In this document: positions 1 to 11,571 of the stretch, piece by piece
How the letters are laid out: each line of letters starts with the position of its first letter
How positions within the stretch are numbered: position 1 is the stretch's first letter
Source: Schmidtea nova
Lineage: Eukaryota
Direction: 5' to 3'
NCBI GenBank assembly: GCA_044892505.1
Contig: CM097882.1
Coordinates: 282,100,001-282,164,000, forward strand
DNA: 64,000 bases
The notes under the pieces: model-generated
The model's input: only the letters and a program-made list of their open reading frames with translations
Told to the model about the DNA's origin: nothing
Databases searched by the model: none
Made by a program: the position numbers and the translations under genes

Positions 1-50
1 TGTTAATTTGCACGTGCATTGCAATATCTTTGTTAATATTTGTTTTTGTT

Positions 51-190
51 GATGAGTCATACTGATGAGTCATACCAATGTGTCATACCGATGAGTCATG
101 TAGATGAGTCATACTGATGAGTCATACTGATGAATCATGTAGATGAGTCATCCCGATGAGTCATCCAAATAAATCATACCGATGAGTCAT
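51..190. repeat. Cluster of short GATGAGTCAT repeats (AP-1/TRE-type TGAGTCA sites)
   Basis: About 8 copies of gatgagtcat spaced 11-27 bp apart, read directly from the sequence. Confidence 0.85.
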
Positions 191-214
191 TAAGAAAACA
201 ATTTAATCTTCAAT

Positions 215-729
215 GGTATGACCATTATACTCACCCTTCAATTACCTTTTGTTTGATGTACATATTATAAGAATTAAAAAAGGTTGAATGTTTTTGACCC
301 CTTGAAGGTTCACGACCCTCCATACACCTTCGAAGGTATGACCATCATACTAACCTCTCAATTACCTTTTGTTTGATATATAACTTGTAAGGATTGTAAA
401 AGGTTAAAGGTTTTTGACCCCTTGAAGGTTCAGGACCCTCCATAGACCTTCGAGGGTATGACCATTGGATAGACCTCTCCAAGACCTTTTGTTTGATATA
501 TAACTTGTAAGGATTGTAAAAGGTTAAAGGTTTTTGACCCCTTGAAGGTTCACGACCCTCCATACACCTTCGAAGGTATGACCATCATACTAACCTCTCA
601 ATTACCTTTTGTTTGATATATAACTTGTAAGGATTGTAAAAGGTTAAAGGTTTTTGACCCCTTGAAGGTTCAGGACCCTCCATAGACCTTCGAGGGTATG
701 ACCATTGGATAGACCTCTCCAAGACCTTT
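215..729. repeat. 120-bp tandem repeat with 240-bp higher-order (A/B) periodicity
   Basis: Lines starting at 301, 361 and 421 are identical to those at 541, 601 and 661. Adjacent 120-bp units differ, while units 240 bp apart are identical. Confidence 0.95.
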
Positions 730-801
730 CGAATGATACCCTTGTTTGAAGGTTTGACCTTACTTGACCTTTGGAAATTTAAATTTAAAATTTAAATTTG
801 A

Positions 802-990
802 AATGAGTCATCGATGACGTCATAAAATTCAAATTTGAAATGAGTCATCGATGACGTCATTGATGAGTCATGTGATGAGTCACCGATGACGTCACCGATG
901 AGTCATCGATGACGTCATCGATGAGTCATAACAAAGAAAAAATGAGTCATCGGGGGCGGGGGGTATGGGTGACTCATCGATGACGTCATT
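802..990. promoter_or_regulatory. Alternating TRE (TGAGTCA) / CRE (TGACGTCA) motif array
   Basis: Repeated unit atgagtcatcgatgacgtcat, with more than 12 bZIP-type palindromes in about 190 bp. The regulatory function is inferred. Confidence 0.6.
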
Positions 991-1878
991 GTCATTGTTT
1001 AACGATGAGCCATGGAGCACACTTCTGTCTACTCCCCAATTACTAAATTTCAAATTTTTATTTCTAGGCAGAGTATAAAGAGTTGTACCCAATTGATTTT
1101 TAGCACACAACTGTTGATGACAATCAAATGCTTCCTGTTTTCTAAATCCATTCAAGCATCGATGACACCATATACTTTGTACTCGAGTATCTGAAAAATG
1201 GTGATTGCGATAATTCAACAGCCTATCAATGTCAGTGACTGCAATATAATGATATGCATCACCACTTTCCAACAAAATCAAGTTAATAAGAGTACCACCA
1301 ACAACTTTCGACCTATGAATTATATCGACACAAGGATGTTTAAAAACTTCAGGATTTGCCAATGTATCAAGTAAAGCATCCTCATCATATGAAAAAACGT
1401 TAGTAGCAAGTCCAGGGTTTTTAGCCTCAAATTTCGGAATATTACAAAGTCTCATCGGTAAATCAGAACGGTCAAAGTCAAGATCAGAAAGATTATAATT
1501 ACTAGTCCTATATCTGTGTCCATCAACTTCATCATATTTCAAAATAGCTAAAATGCTATAAATGAAACACAAGTCATCAGAATTTCTTACGTTTACTGTA
1601 CAATATTTTAATTGTAAAGATTGAGTGGTTTCAATATGACCTCTGCCACTCAATCGACTAATTTGAGCAAATTTAGTTACAACGAAATGGATTTCATTAA
1701 CTTTGTTAATAACCCAATTACTCCCTTTATCGTTAATTAATGCTATTTTTTCATTTAAAAGAGTGATACCTTCATCAAAAAAGTTATCACTCATGGGTCT
1801 TGCAGAATTTGAAATGATAAATGATTGAAATTCACCATCTTTTTCAAACTCTACATCAATACAAAATTGTATTTTCAC
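892..1878 (-). pseudogene. N-terminal fragment of a Polinton/Maverick-like (protein-primed PolB-associated) ORF, truncated
   Basis: Motifs KGSNW, VNVRNSDDLCFIYSIL, IPKFEAKN, HYIAVTDIDRL, CHRCLNGF..HQQLC and LKFSNW match the N-terminal region of invertebrate Polinton-type PolB proteins. Homology stops near 1030, where the frame runs into the TRE/CRE repeats. A frameshifted extension reaches about 2010. Confidence 0.7.
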
Positions 1879-2089
1879 TGAACCATCTCATTAATAACAT
1901 TATTTAATTTATTAATTAAAATATCAGGTAAAATTAAAGTTTTCAAAACCAAGTGAGAAACATCCATTATCACAATGTCGTGTGATTTTCTTAAATCAAA
2001 CTTAACATTAGGAAGAAGGGAACAACTATTTCATTTAATTTAATTTATTTATTTGGGGTGGGATCACAGATTAGTGTTTTTCTTTTCTT

Positions 2090-2365
2090 NNNNNNNNNNN
2101 NNNNNNNNNNNNNNNNNNNNNNNNNNNNNNNNNNNNNNNNNNNNNNNNNNNNNNNNNNNNNNNNNNNNNNNNNNNNNNNNNNNNNNNNNNNNNNNNNNNN
2201 NNNNNNNNNNNNNNNNNNNNNNNNNNNNNNNNNNNNNNNNNNNNNNNNNNNNNNNNNNNNNNNNNNNNNNNNNNNNNNNNNNNNNNNNNNNNNNNNNNNN
2301 NNNNNNNNNNNNNNNNNNNNNNNNNNNNNNNNNNNNNNNNNNNNNNNNNNNNNNNNNNNNNNNNN
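2090..2365. other. Assembly gap (N run)
   Basis: Run of N. Confidence 1.
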
Positions 2366-2776
2366 AATCGATTTCTTAGAACATTGAAATTGATTCAAAT
2401 GTTCACAATGAAGCTTATAAAAGTCTATATAAGAAGAGACAGAAGTAGATTTACAAATGGGACAAATAAGGTAAGAGATGATATATTAGGGATATAATCC
2501 GCCTATAAAAAATAAAAAATATTAAAAATATGCATATATAAAATTAACAATCAATTAAAAAATATCAATAAAGCGTGTATCTGCACACATAAATAATAAT
2601 CAATGAAAATCAAATAAAATGTTAAGCGAATTTTGATTGGATAATATAAATTTAGAAAACATATATAAATGATCTAACAAAATATAGATTTCACTTTAAA
2701 AATGTTTCAACTTAAAAGTTAGTTTTATTATTTAAAAATGAATATTTTTTAATTTTTTATTTTAGGATCGAAAAAG

Positions 2777-3148
2777 ATGACCAAACAAGAAGTTATGAAA
2801 ATTATTCTTGAAGAAAATTCTATTTCGGCAGCTAATTTGATCAGAAATCCTGCAGTGCAATTTCTTCAATATTCGATGGAATATTTAAAATTCCCAATAA
2901 CATATTCATTTAAGGTAATTTACTAATTTATTAAAAAACAATTATTATTTTTTTTATAGGAACCAGTTACATTGAAACAATCACTATACAACATTCAAGT
3001 TGGAAAAATTGGAGATATCGAAAGACGAAATATAAGGGAAATTTTACTAGCAATCAATAAAGAAATGCAATTTAATGAAAATTTTACTTTCATGAATATT
3101 AATAAAGATTGTAATTTTAAAAATCAAGATAATGATACAAGGTTTTAA
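2777..3148 (+). CDS. Small two-exon hypothetical protein (108 aa; exons 2777-2914, 2960-3148)
   Basis: ATG at 2777, a 45-nt GT-AG intron (2915-2959) in phase 0, and an open frame to TAA at 3146-3148 (MTKQEVMKIILEEN...DNDTRF). No recognisable family. Confidence 0.55.
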
Positions 3149-3576
3149 AGAAACAAACAATACAGTCAGACCAGTTTGGAAGATAATAGAATCTATTTTA
3201 TATGAATAAACTTTAATTTTCAAATCTTGTCTTTTTTATTCAAATATTTGAATTTATATGCAAAATCAAGCAAAATGAATTTTGGATAATATAAAAGATA
3301 TGTTAATTAATTTTAATTATTTAAATAATACATTAGTTTAATTATTTAAATATTTATTTAATTTGAATATTAATTTTATATGCAAAATTAAATATTTAAA
3401 CAAAATGAATTATGTTATTAAACATTTTAATAAAAAACTAATCTATTTTATAATAGTTGTAAAACTTTGGATTTTAAAAATTATGTGGAAAATATAATTA
3501 ATGAAATAAATACATTAATTAATTAAATAAATTTTGTTTGTATTAATTGTTACTCATTGATTGTGAAAATTTGAAA

Positions 3577-3958
3577 ATGTCTAAAAGTAAGAGTATTTTT
3601 ATTTTTATTTTTATTTATTCTTTTAGTTTATTTGCTCGAAGTACTTCTCAAGATGATCCAAGATTTATATCCAAAGATTAAAAATAATCTCGATTATTGC
3701 GCCCCCGAGTTGTTGGTACATAAAATTTACCAATACACAGGTATCAATATCGAGGAATTGCTTAAAATGCACTATGATATGATGCTTGAAGCTGGAGTCT
3801 AGTGCGTTGAAAATTGCATTGTTTGTAAGGAATCAATGCGTGTTTCATGCACCATTGGATGTGCTTGTTGCCACAATTTTAAAAGACAACAATCTGTGCA
3901 TATCTTGGTTGCTGAAATGAGAAAGGCATACTATGATGATCTTTACAATACAAATTAA
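3577..3958 (+). pseudogene. Small two-exon Cys-rich protein with one in-frame TAG
   Basis: ATG at 3577 and a 40-nt GTAAGA..TTTAG intron (3587-3626). The frame is open to TAG at 3800-3802, then continues in frame (CVENCIVC...CTIGCACCH) to TAA at 3956-3958. Confidence 0.5.
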
Positions 3959-4019
3959 TTGCCGAAGATTTATTTAAATAAAGATTGTTTTTAAAAATAG
4001 TGTTTTTTATTGTTTTTTA

Positions 4020-4574
4020 TATCGTAACGAATTCATCTGCGAAATTAACATCGTTGCTGGTGACACCGATTCATTTTTTCTTGAGATTAGAAATTGTAAG
4101 CTTGATATTCTTTTACCGGCCATGATAAGAGATAACTTACTTGACACTTCTAATTATGATCCGAATCACCCATTATACAGTAGGAATTTAGATTCCGTCA
4201 TTGGTAAATTCAAAGACGAGAATAAAGGATTCAAGTATGATGAGAGGGTATTCCTTAGGCCAAAGTGTTATAGTCTTTTAGGTGATGAAGAGTGCATTAA
4301 GGCTAAGGGTATAACATTGAAGGATACTAAACTGAATCATCAGTCGTATCTGGATTGTTATAATAATAATTCAATAGTTTCTGTTGATCAGTCGAGAATA
4401 GTTAGTAAGAATCATCAACTCTTTACTAATAAATCTTCTAAGATTGCGTTGACTAATCTTGACGACAAAAGACTTTGGGTGGGAAAAAATGTTAGTCTGG
4501 CTTATGGACATTATAAGGGAATTGATGTGGTTATGGGTGTGCGTGAAGATGCTGCTGATGAACAATTTGCCTGA
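4020..4574 (+). pseudogene. C-terminal fragment of family-B DNA polymerase (Polinton/Maverick-type pPolB), 5'-truncated
   Basis: The frame upstream of ORF 4122 contains the catalytic motif AGDTDSFF (DTDS at 4062-4073), followed by DTSNY, IGKFKDE, LRPKCYS, KAKGI, DDKR and LAYGHY. Confidence 0.85.
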
Positions 4575-4984
4575 AGATGATAAGATTTATTTAAATAAAG
4601 TTTTATTTATTTTTTTTTTAAATACTTTGTGTTTTTTGTTGTTTTTCTAGTTAATATTACTTTTTATTGTTGAGCGTTAAATTCTGATTATTTATATGTA
4701 AAAGTTCTTGAATTTTAACCATTTTTAACCAAGTAAGGTTTTTTCATGTTAAATTTACCGGAGAAGACCAATTTTTCATGATTTTACTTTTTGACCCTTT
4801 TTTGTTCGCCATTGAATTCCCAGTAGATTGGTATAAAAATTATTTAAATCTGAGCATTTTTGAAGGTTTTGGAAAAATTAATTGAAAAAATTAATTTATT
4901 TCATATTTTTTGTAAAAATTATGAAAAAATAAATAAAAATTAATAAATTACAGTATTACATCATCAATTGCATAAGAATTATTG

Positions 4985-5152
4985 TATTATGTAAGAACAT
5001 TAATTTTCCTGTAAAATTGCGTAATAATTACGTAATGATAAGTAATAATTATGTAACAATCATATGATAGTTTCGTAACAATTACGCAATGATTACGCAT
5101 TAATTGCTTAATGTTTACGTTGTGAATACCTAATAATATAAAGTATTACGTA
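4985..5152. repeat. Cluster of PAR/C-EBP-type bZIP motifs (TTACGTAA, TTATGTAA, TTGCGTAA, TTACGCAA)
   Basis: At least 6 related TTA(C/T)G(C/T)AA-like octamers in about 170 bp. Confidence 0.55.
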
Positions 5153-5399
5153 CCTTTTGTGGGGTGGGTGTGGGGTAAACTGTATAATTAAATGGCTTGG
5201 CCCCGTGTCCTCACTATCCCCTACTAACTACACAAAAAGTTTATTCCACTAGAATGATAACTAAAACTTTCATTTTACTGTATCCGAATTGACTCAGCCT
5301 TGCGAGGACGTGGCATCATACCGAAGGGTCCCGTTGGTATCATATAAAGCCAGGCTCGGTTTCCGGCTCAGTTCCATTTTATAGAGAAAAAACTAACGT

Positions 5400-6700
5400 A
5401 TTCGGATGTTTGCTGCCCATTTGAAATTTACTCTCCACATCTCCCGGAACTGAAAGGGAAAATTGAGGAAATCTTCGGCTTGTCCAGTTTTTATGTTACG
5501 AAGACTATCCAAGAGGATACATCTTCAGCTCATTAAACCACTGTGTTGGGATAGGCCCGACAAAAATCAAGGAATATCATCGGCCTCATATTTTAAAACA
5601 AACAATTCGAGGGTGGCACTCGATGAAGGTGTAGTTTTGGAGGTGGGACACTGGAGACTGACCCTCCACCAGATTTCATTGGAGTCGCATCCTTCCCAAA
5701 GTCCAAACGGAGCCTTTGATCCGAATTGCCGCCGTTATTTCCACATGTGGTACTTCATCTCTTGAAGGACAACTTAAGGGAGTGCTTTAGTACGATGTTG
5801 AGCGGGTTTAGCTACCATTCCACTGGGATAGAACCGAACTATCGCTGAACTGGGCCGTTGAGATTTTTTCTTCATACTCCGATTTCTGAAACGCATATAC
5901 ACTAAGAAAATTTACCAATATACTCTCTCCCCATACATGTTGTCTGGCTTCGTCAAAAACAAGTAATAACAAAATGATTATCAAATAATATTTTCCCGTT
6001 ATTTATGGCATTTCGCTCTCTATCGTGGATTTGCTTGATTATTCCCTTTAATCGGTCGGTCACGTAAACAAAATGCTTACTGTGAGAAATTAATCTACCT
6101 CATTCTCGCACAGATGATTCGTCATAGACGAGAAAGTTTTATTTATGCGATTTATTGTCCATGACATACCTGAATTTTCCAAATCTCAGGCGTTGTTGTT
6201 TATTAATATTTGCACTGTGATCAACGCTGGTATTCAGCGTAAATGTCTTTTCATTGGTATCTATCTTGTGGGACGACAGAAAATGTTGCGCACGCCATAA
6301 GTGCATGAAAATTCCACAATTTATCTATAATCGTCGTCAAATGACGAATTAAAATTTCCCTCACAATTTTTAAATTATGCCACGATGCAATCAATCTCGT
6401 TGAAATCTCCATTTATTATAACTCTCCCAATCGAAAATTTGATTACCAAATCGTTGAATCCCTGGCGGAGATTCTTTTCTAAATCGTCCTCGTGTGCTCT
6501 TGTGACCCCAATACAAACTCGGTCTCAAAGAAATTTGACTTTTCCATTTCACCTGGTTACATCCCTATTACGACAATCTCTCGAGATCAATTACAACCAC
6601 ATTACCATACGTGGCATTACTGCAAGTTTATGCATTCTAAACACTCTCAAAATTGACATCTATTTGCATTTACCTTGAAAATTATTTTCTCGCGCGATTG
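5400..6700 (-). mobile_element. Probable highly decayed non-LTR retrotransposon (AP-endonuclease remnant)
   Basis: The minus-strand frame reads RVIINGDFNEID (near 6395-6425) and then NIFCRPTR, resembling the GDFN and xPTR motifs of LINE endonucleases. There are many stops, and RT motifs are only weakly suggested. Confidence 0.35.
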
Positions 6701-7399
6701 GTGGATGTAAACAAATGGAATGCTTTAAGTATTTCCTTAATCATTGCCTATTGTGTGAGAATTAATCGATCTCAAAACTATTGAATGTATGTACCATTAC
6801 ATAATCTATCACCTGAACTACGACAACGAAATACATCTTAGGTGTGTATAAATACCTTTGCATAATGTTCCTAATATCAAATCATGGCAACGTCATTACC
6901 TAATGAAAACCCTTACATTACAAAACAAACGCCACTTGCATAATACGAAATGGATTAGCATATGTTATGTATGTGAAATCAATCGAAATACGTCGCTAAA
7001 TTATTTAATTACTGAAAAATAAAGGCAATGCCCCATGTGCAATCCCACCCTATATTTGGTGTACAGTCGCCGCATCGCCCAACCCCAAAAGGAGTCGGTC
7101 GAGAGGCCAATCCCCCCGTAATCGTAAGACCACCAGGTCGCACCTTAATGAGCTTAAAAACATGAGAAGTTACCCGAAAAAATAAATGAAATCACAATTC
7201 AAATAATACATTTTATTCGATCCAATGATTCAAATTAATACAATTTCACAAAGCAATTTCACAAATCTCGAACCTATATACAATTTTTACAATTACCTAA
7301 ATGTATAACAAGGCGTATAAAAACAAGTAAATAAACGTTAAAACAGTTATTCAACTGATTTCAACGCTGGTATTTATACTAGCCCGAAATTTCAACCAG

Positions 7400-8065
7400 C
7401 CAATCAGAGGGCTTCCTTCTTCAGTTAATCGGTTGGGTTTGTTTATAAAATATTTGGTTTATATTCTTAATTCTAATTATTTCAGGTTTTCGAAATTCCT
7501 TTCTCCATTTGGTTAATTGATTATTTCTTAAATATTTATTTCATTTCACTTTTAGGCTTGTCTTATCTGGAATTCATGGATGGTTTGTTTAATTTATATT
7601 CTACATATTTAATTCTTTTACTTTCAGCTATTCTTGCCCTCAATTCAACCTCCAGGTAAATTATTTAATTTGTACTATTATTATTTGTATTTTTTGTGTA
7701 ATTTATTTTTCAAGTATCCCGCCCTCTTGATGCTCCACACTAGTTTTTTGGTTAAGTTATAGTTGATATATTTTTTATTTCCATTTCCCTATTAATCTAT
7801 TTTATTTTACAGATCTTCTTTTGGGTGATTTATTTTTATTTGTGATATGTATTATTTTAAATTTATTTGTCTTTTAGGCTCCATTTAGTTGGCCCAACAC
7901 AACGATTACCGGGTGCTTGTTGACTTAATTTCTTAATGTATCTAATCGTTAAAATGTAATAAGATCTGATTGGCTTGATTTTAGCATGTAGAAAATTTTT
8001 TAAGGGCCACAAAGACATTTATTACGGGCAGTTGGTAAGTAATAACTATTTATTCTGATTTTTAG
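7400..8065 (+). other. Micro-exon array (7 or more tiny exons, 44-62-nt GT-AG introns) downstream of a CCAAT box; coding status unclear
   Basis: CCAATCAG at 7400-7407. Exons 7486-7511, 7556-7582, 7628-7655, 7715-7750, 7813-7824 and 7878 onward are bounded by TTTAG/TTCAG acceptors and GT donors. Confidence 0.45.
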
Positions 8066-8103
8066 TCATATTTTAAAGCTATTTTAACATATTTTAAATT
8101 GAT

Positions 8104-8423
8104 TTAATATTTTAAGTTAAATTGAAAAAGTAAGTTATTATAATTTTTATTTGAAAAAATTGTATTCATTTTTTTCTGATATGTTTTCTGCCTCTTACAT
8201 TTTGTAAGAAGCCCAGATTTTCCTCTCGACACTATGTTTCGGATACTTTTAGGTTCAAAACCCATTTGAACACAAAATTCTTGATAATCTTCATCCTGTT
8301 CCACTACTTCAATTAATAATTTTTTGTCATGTTCTGTATATCTATGAAATTTTAAGTTGAAAATTCAAATTTATTTTACGTTTTTCGATGTTTTTCTTCT
8401 ACAGGTTCGGCTGGTTGAGGCAT
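8104..8423 (-). CDS. Small spliced helix-turn-helix protein, transposase N-terminus-like (93 aa; exons 8380-8423, 8104-8341)
   Basis: ATG at 8423 and a 38-nt GT-AG intron (8342-8379) join to give RKT-YTEHDKKLLIEVVEQDEDYQEFCVQMGFEPKSIRNIV, which resembles Tc1/IS630-type HTH domains. Confidence 0.4.
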
Positions 8424-11339
8424 AATAAGTTCATTTTCTGGATTTCTAAAAATTATTTTTATTAGATTTTTTAATATAATCGTATATTTAGATTTCTCTT
8501 TGATCCTCTCCTATAAATGGCAGTTGATTCCGACAAAACTTCTAAAATGTCTTCATAAATCATTTTATTTTCAAATTTTAAAGATTGTCACTTGATATTT
8601 GTCCCTGTGTATATTTTTATAGGGTTTTTCTGTGTTGTGTATGTGTGTTTTTGGCCCTAATTTAATTGTCTTCACTTCTATAGTATAGGCCCGTAATTTA
8701 TGACTGTGATTTTTATCTTTGTCCTTATCCGCTGTAAGTATGTATACTTTTTGGGTTATAGTAATTGGCGTTTATGAAATAAGTGCATGTCATGTTTTCT
8801 CAAACTTTAACAATAAAATATTATAAATTCACATAAACTACTGTATAATAAATAAAAATACTATTATTTTGAAAAACCTTGCTCTTGGCAAAGTCACCGT
8901 CCATATACATCAGCGTATAATATGAGGTGACGAGTATGTATAAGCGTTGCCATAATTAAAACATATGCCGGTTAATTAGCACACCGCTCTTCATCGGTGA
9001 TTCAATTAGGCTATCTGGTTGATGCTGGCTCATACTATTCGCGCAGACAGTGACAGTTTCAGAAGGTATGGAAGAGAATATTATTTGTTTGTGTTAGGGT
9101 ATTTAGCGAAAAATGGAGAAAATCAGACCAAACAAAAAGGAATGATTTATTATAAAATATAACATATTTTATACATTTAGAACTAACAATACCAAATAAA
9201 AATAATTTATGATATAATTGATAAAATGAAATAATAATAAAATAAATTTATAATTAATGAAATAAGATAACTGACATGGAACTATCGGGGCATGATCTGA
9301 ATGTTCCACGTCTATTTACGAAAGCATTCTTACATCTCAAAGTAATTATTTTCGCTATCTGTGGATCTTGATTTGATCGCTTGTTCACTTCATCTTTCAG
9401 AAGTTGATTGTCATTTTCCCCTGTCAGGTTCGTTCCCGTTCGCTTGAAAATTTAGAGTAATTCTCCAAAAAACCATTTTTGTTAGTACGAAAATCAGTAA
9501 AAACTGTAGATAAGGTGGCAAATATTATTGTTGTTATGAAGTAAAACCGAGTGTTTCAGTTTCAATCAACAGCGGCTTAAATATTAATTCTCACCGTTTA
9601 TTTCCGAGTTTGTATTCAAACAAATTTTTCGATTTTTTAAATAAAGTATTTTGATTTTATTAAAAATTAAATTATTATTTTAACGAAGAATTTTATAGAA
9701 ATTTTAAATAAATTTATTTTTTCACAAAATTTTTATTCTAAATCAAAGTTTTTGTTAATTTACCAAATTTTAATTTTAATCTTAATTTTAATTATTTTTT
9801 TGTAATTTAATATTTATTCTTACAAAAATCGAAAAATTTTCATGAAAAACATTTAAAATTTACTTTTATTGTAATTAAATTCTTAAATTAGTGTTTTGAT
9901 TTTATGTGTTTACTTAGTGCGCTTTGTTCCTTTTATTTTTAAAGGTGTTATTTAGTTATGGATGTGTTTTGTCATTAATTTGTTTACTTTGTGTTAGTCA
10001 TTACAATTTTTAAATTCACTTCTTGAGCGATCTCTACGTGCTATGTTACCACTTCGGTAAAACAAAAGTCTGTTGATTTATTTATGTTTTCTTGAAAAGA
10101 TTCGTATAAATTATTATAATCATTTTAATGGTTTTCCACTGATTACCGAACTCTCGGATCTTTAGGTGTTAAACCATTAGAATTCATATTTGCTTTCCTT
10201 ATTTTTGAGGCGAATTCAGCTTTAAACGGGTTTGCTCCTCATAGTGGACAAGAAACGGTAATAACTCGATGTTACTACTATATACTCCGTAAGTTTATTT
10301 CTTTTATGCTGCTATCATTATTGTGTCAGAAAAAACCATGATTAAAAACTTTGAGAATTTTAAAAAATTTAATAAATACCACTCTCCAGTGGTTCAAAAA
10401 AATTCGAGAGAATAACCCTAATAAAGTTAAAATGAAATGATGTCGTTAAAGGATTACCTGATTTAGTTTATTGTGTTAGATTTTATGTTATCTTCATGTT
10501 TCCGTTGTCCTAAATACATCTTTTTGGAATATGAAGAAAAAATCAAGTTATGCCTATCTAAAGATGACAAATTTTTAAATTATTTCGACTACTCGCTTTT
10601 AGTTAAAAATTTGTGCAATTTTTCTAAAGTGGATCCATATCAATAAACATAATATATTGTTACTTGACTGACTAATCATTAAGTAAGATCTCTTTTGTAA
10701 AAATCAGTATATCTTTAGATTAACTTGACTTTGAAGTTTCGACTGAAGCCAATTTTTCAAATTCTTAATGAATCAATGTTGAATAAAGTAATGTGAAGTT
10801 AAATAAGGTTTATGGTTGAGGATATTGTGGAGAAACAAGTGTAAAAATGATCGAGACATTTATATAAGGAGGATAATTTCCTTCAAATATATTTCAATTA
10901 TTTGGCGTTTTTGATTATTTATTAAAAATACGCCATCATTTTTTTCTTCATTGTCATATCGTCACCATTGAGAGAAAGAACTTTTTACAAATTACAATTT
11001 TATTTAAATAATAAAATTTATATCATCAAGTACATTATATAGATAACCAAATATAACAATTCCAGAGACTTTAAAGAAGAACTAATCATTTCCATATTAA
11101 TAGAGAAAATAAACAACAATGTCGAATAAAGTGATTCTAAACAATTGCCAGTGATATGACAAGTTACATATTAACGATAAAAATATTCATATATAATAGA
11201 AATACTAAATAATGATTATATATTAATAACAAATGTCAACTCGGACAAAGCTGGCAGAATCCAGAGGAATGAGACAATTACTTTTCCTTATCAAACAAGC
11301 CTAAATAATTGGCAGTGAAAATTTATCGGCATGAAAACA

Positions 11340-11571
11340 TTATATTTGATCTATGTTTTGTAATCCTGCACAAATTCTTGACCATAAATCTTTTGTACAT
11401 TTTCTATTAATTTTGATTTTTTGCATAATTTCCATCCAATTCAAATTAGGATCAGTAGCTGGTAGCGATCTCTGCACTTTATAAGCATCGAGAACTAATT
11501 CAACCAACGAATCATAATCTCTGGGTCCCTGACTAGTTTGTTGCAGTCGCTTATCAATTAATTTCCGGAAT
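11340..11571 (-). CDS. ZSWIM8: ZSWIM8 exon 17 (terminal, not in ORF track)
   Basis: FRKLIDKRLQQTSQGPRDYDSLVELV...KCTKDLWSRI...DQI*, matching the ZSWIM8 C-terminus (DYDDFV...TKELWQRV). Confidence 0.88.

Noticed and set aside
215-729. CRISPR-like array or the 72-aa ORF 345-563
   Set aside because: Units are contiguous with no unique spacers, the context is eukaryotic, and the ORF is simply the translated repeat.
2045-2398. ORFs spanning N runs (also 24604-24839 and 28210-28540)
   Set aside because: Artefacts of translating gaps.
892-4574. The two PolB pieces as exons of one gene
   Set aside because: They are on opposite strands, and the central exonuclease/palm region is missing.
10130-10660. 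Possible MULE transposase remnant (IFEANSALNGF..RCYYYIL; QWFKKIRE)
   Set aside because: Similarity is too weak and no TIR/TSD was found, so it cannot be supported without an HMM search.
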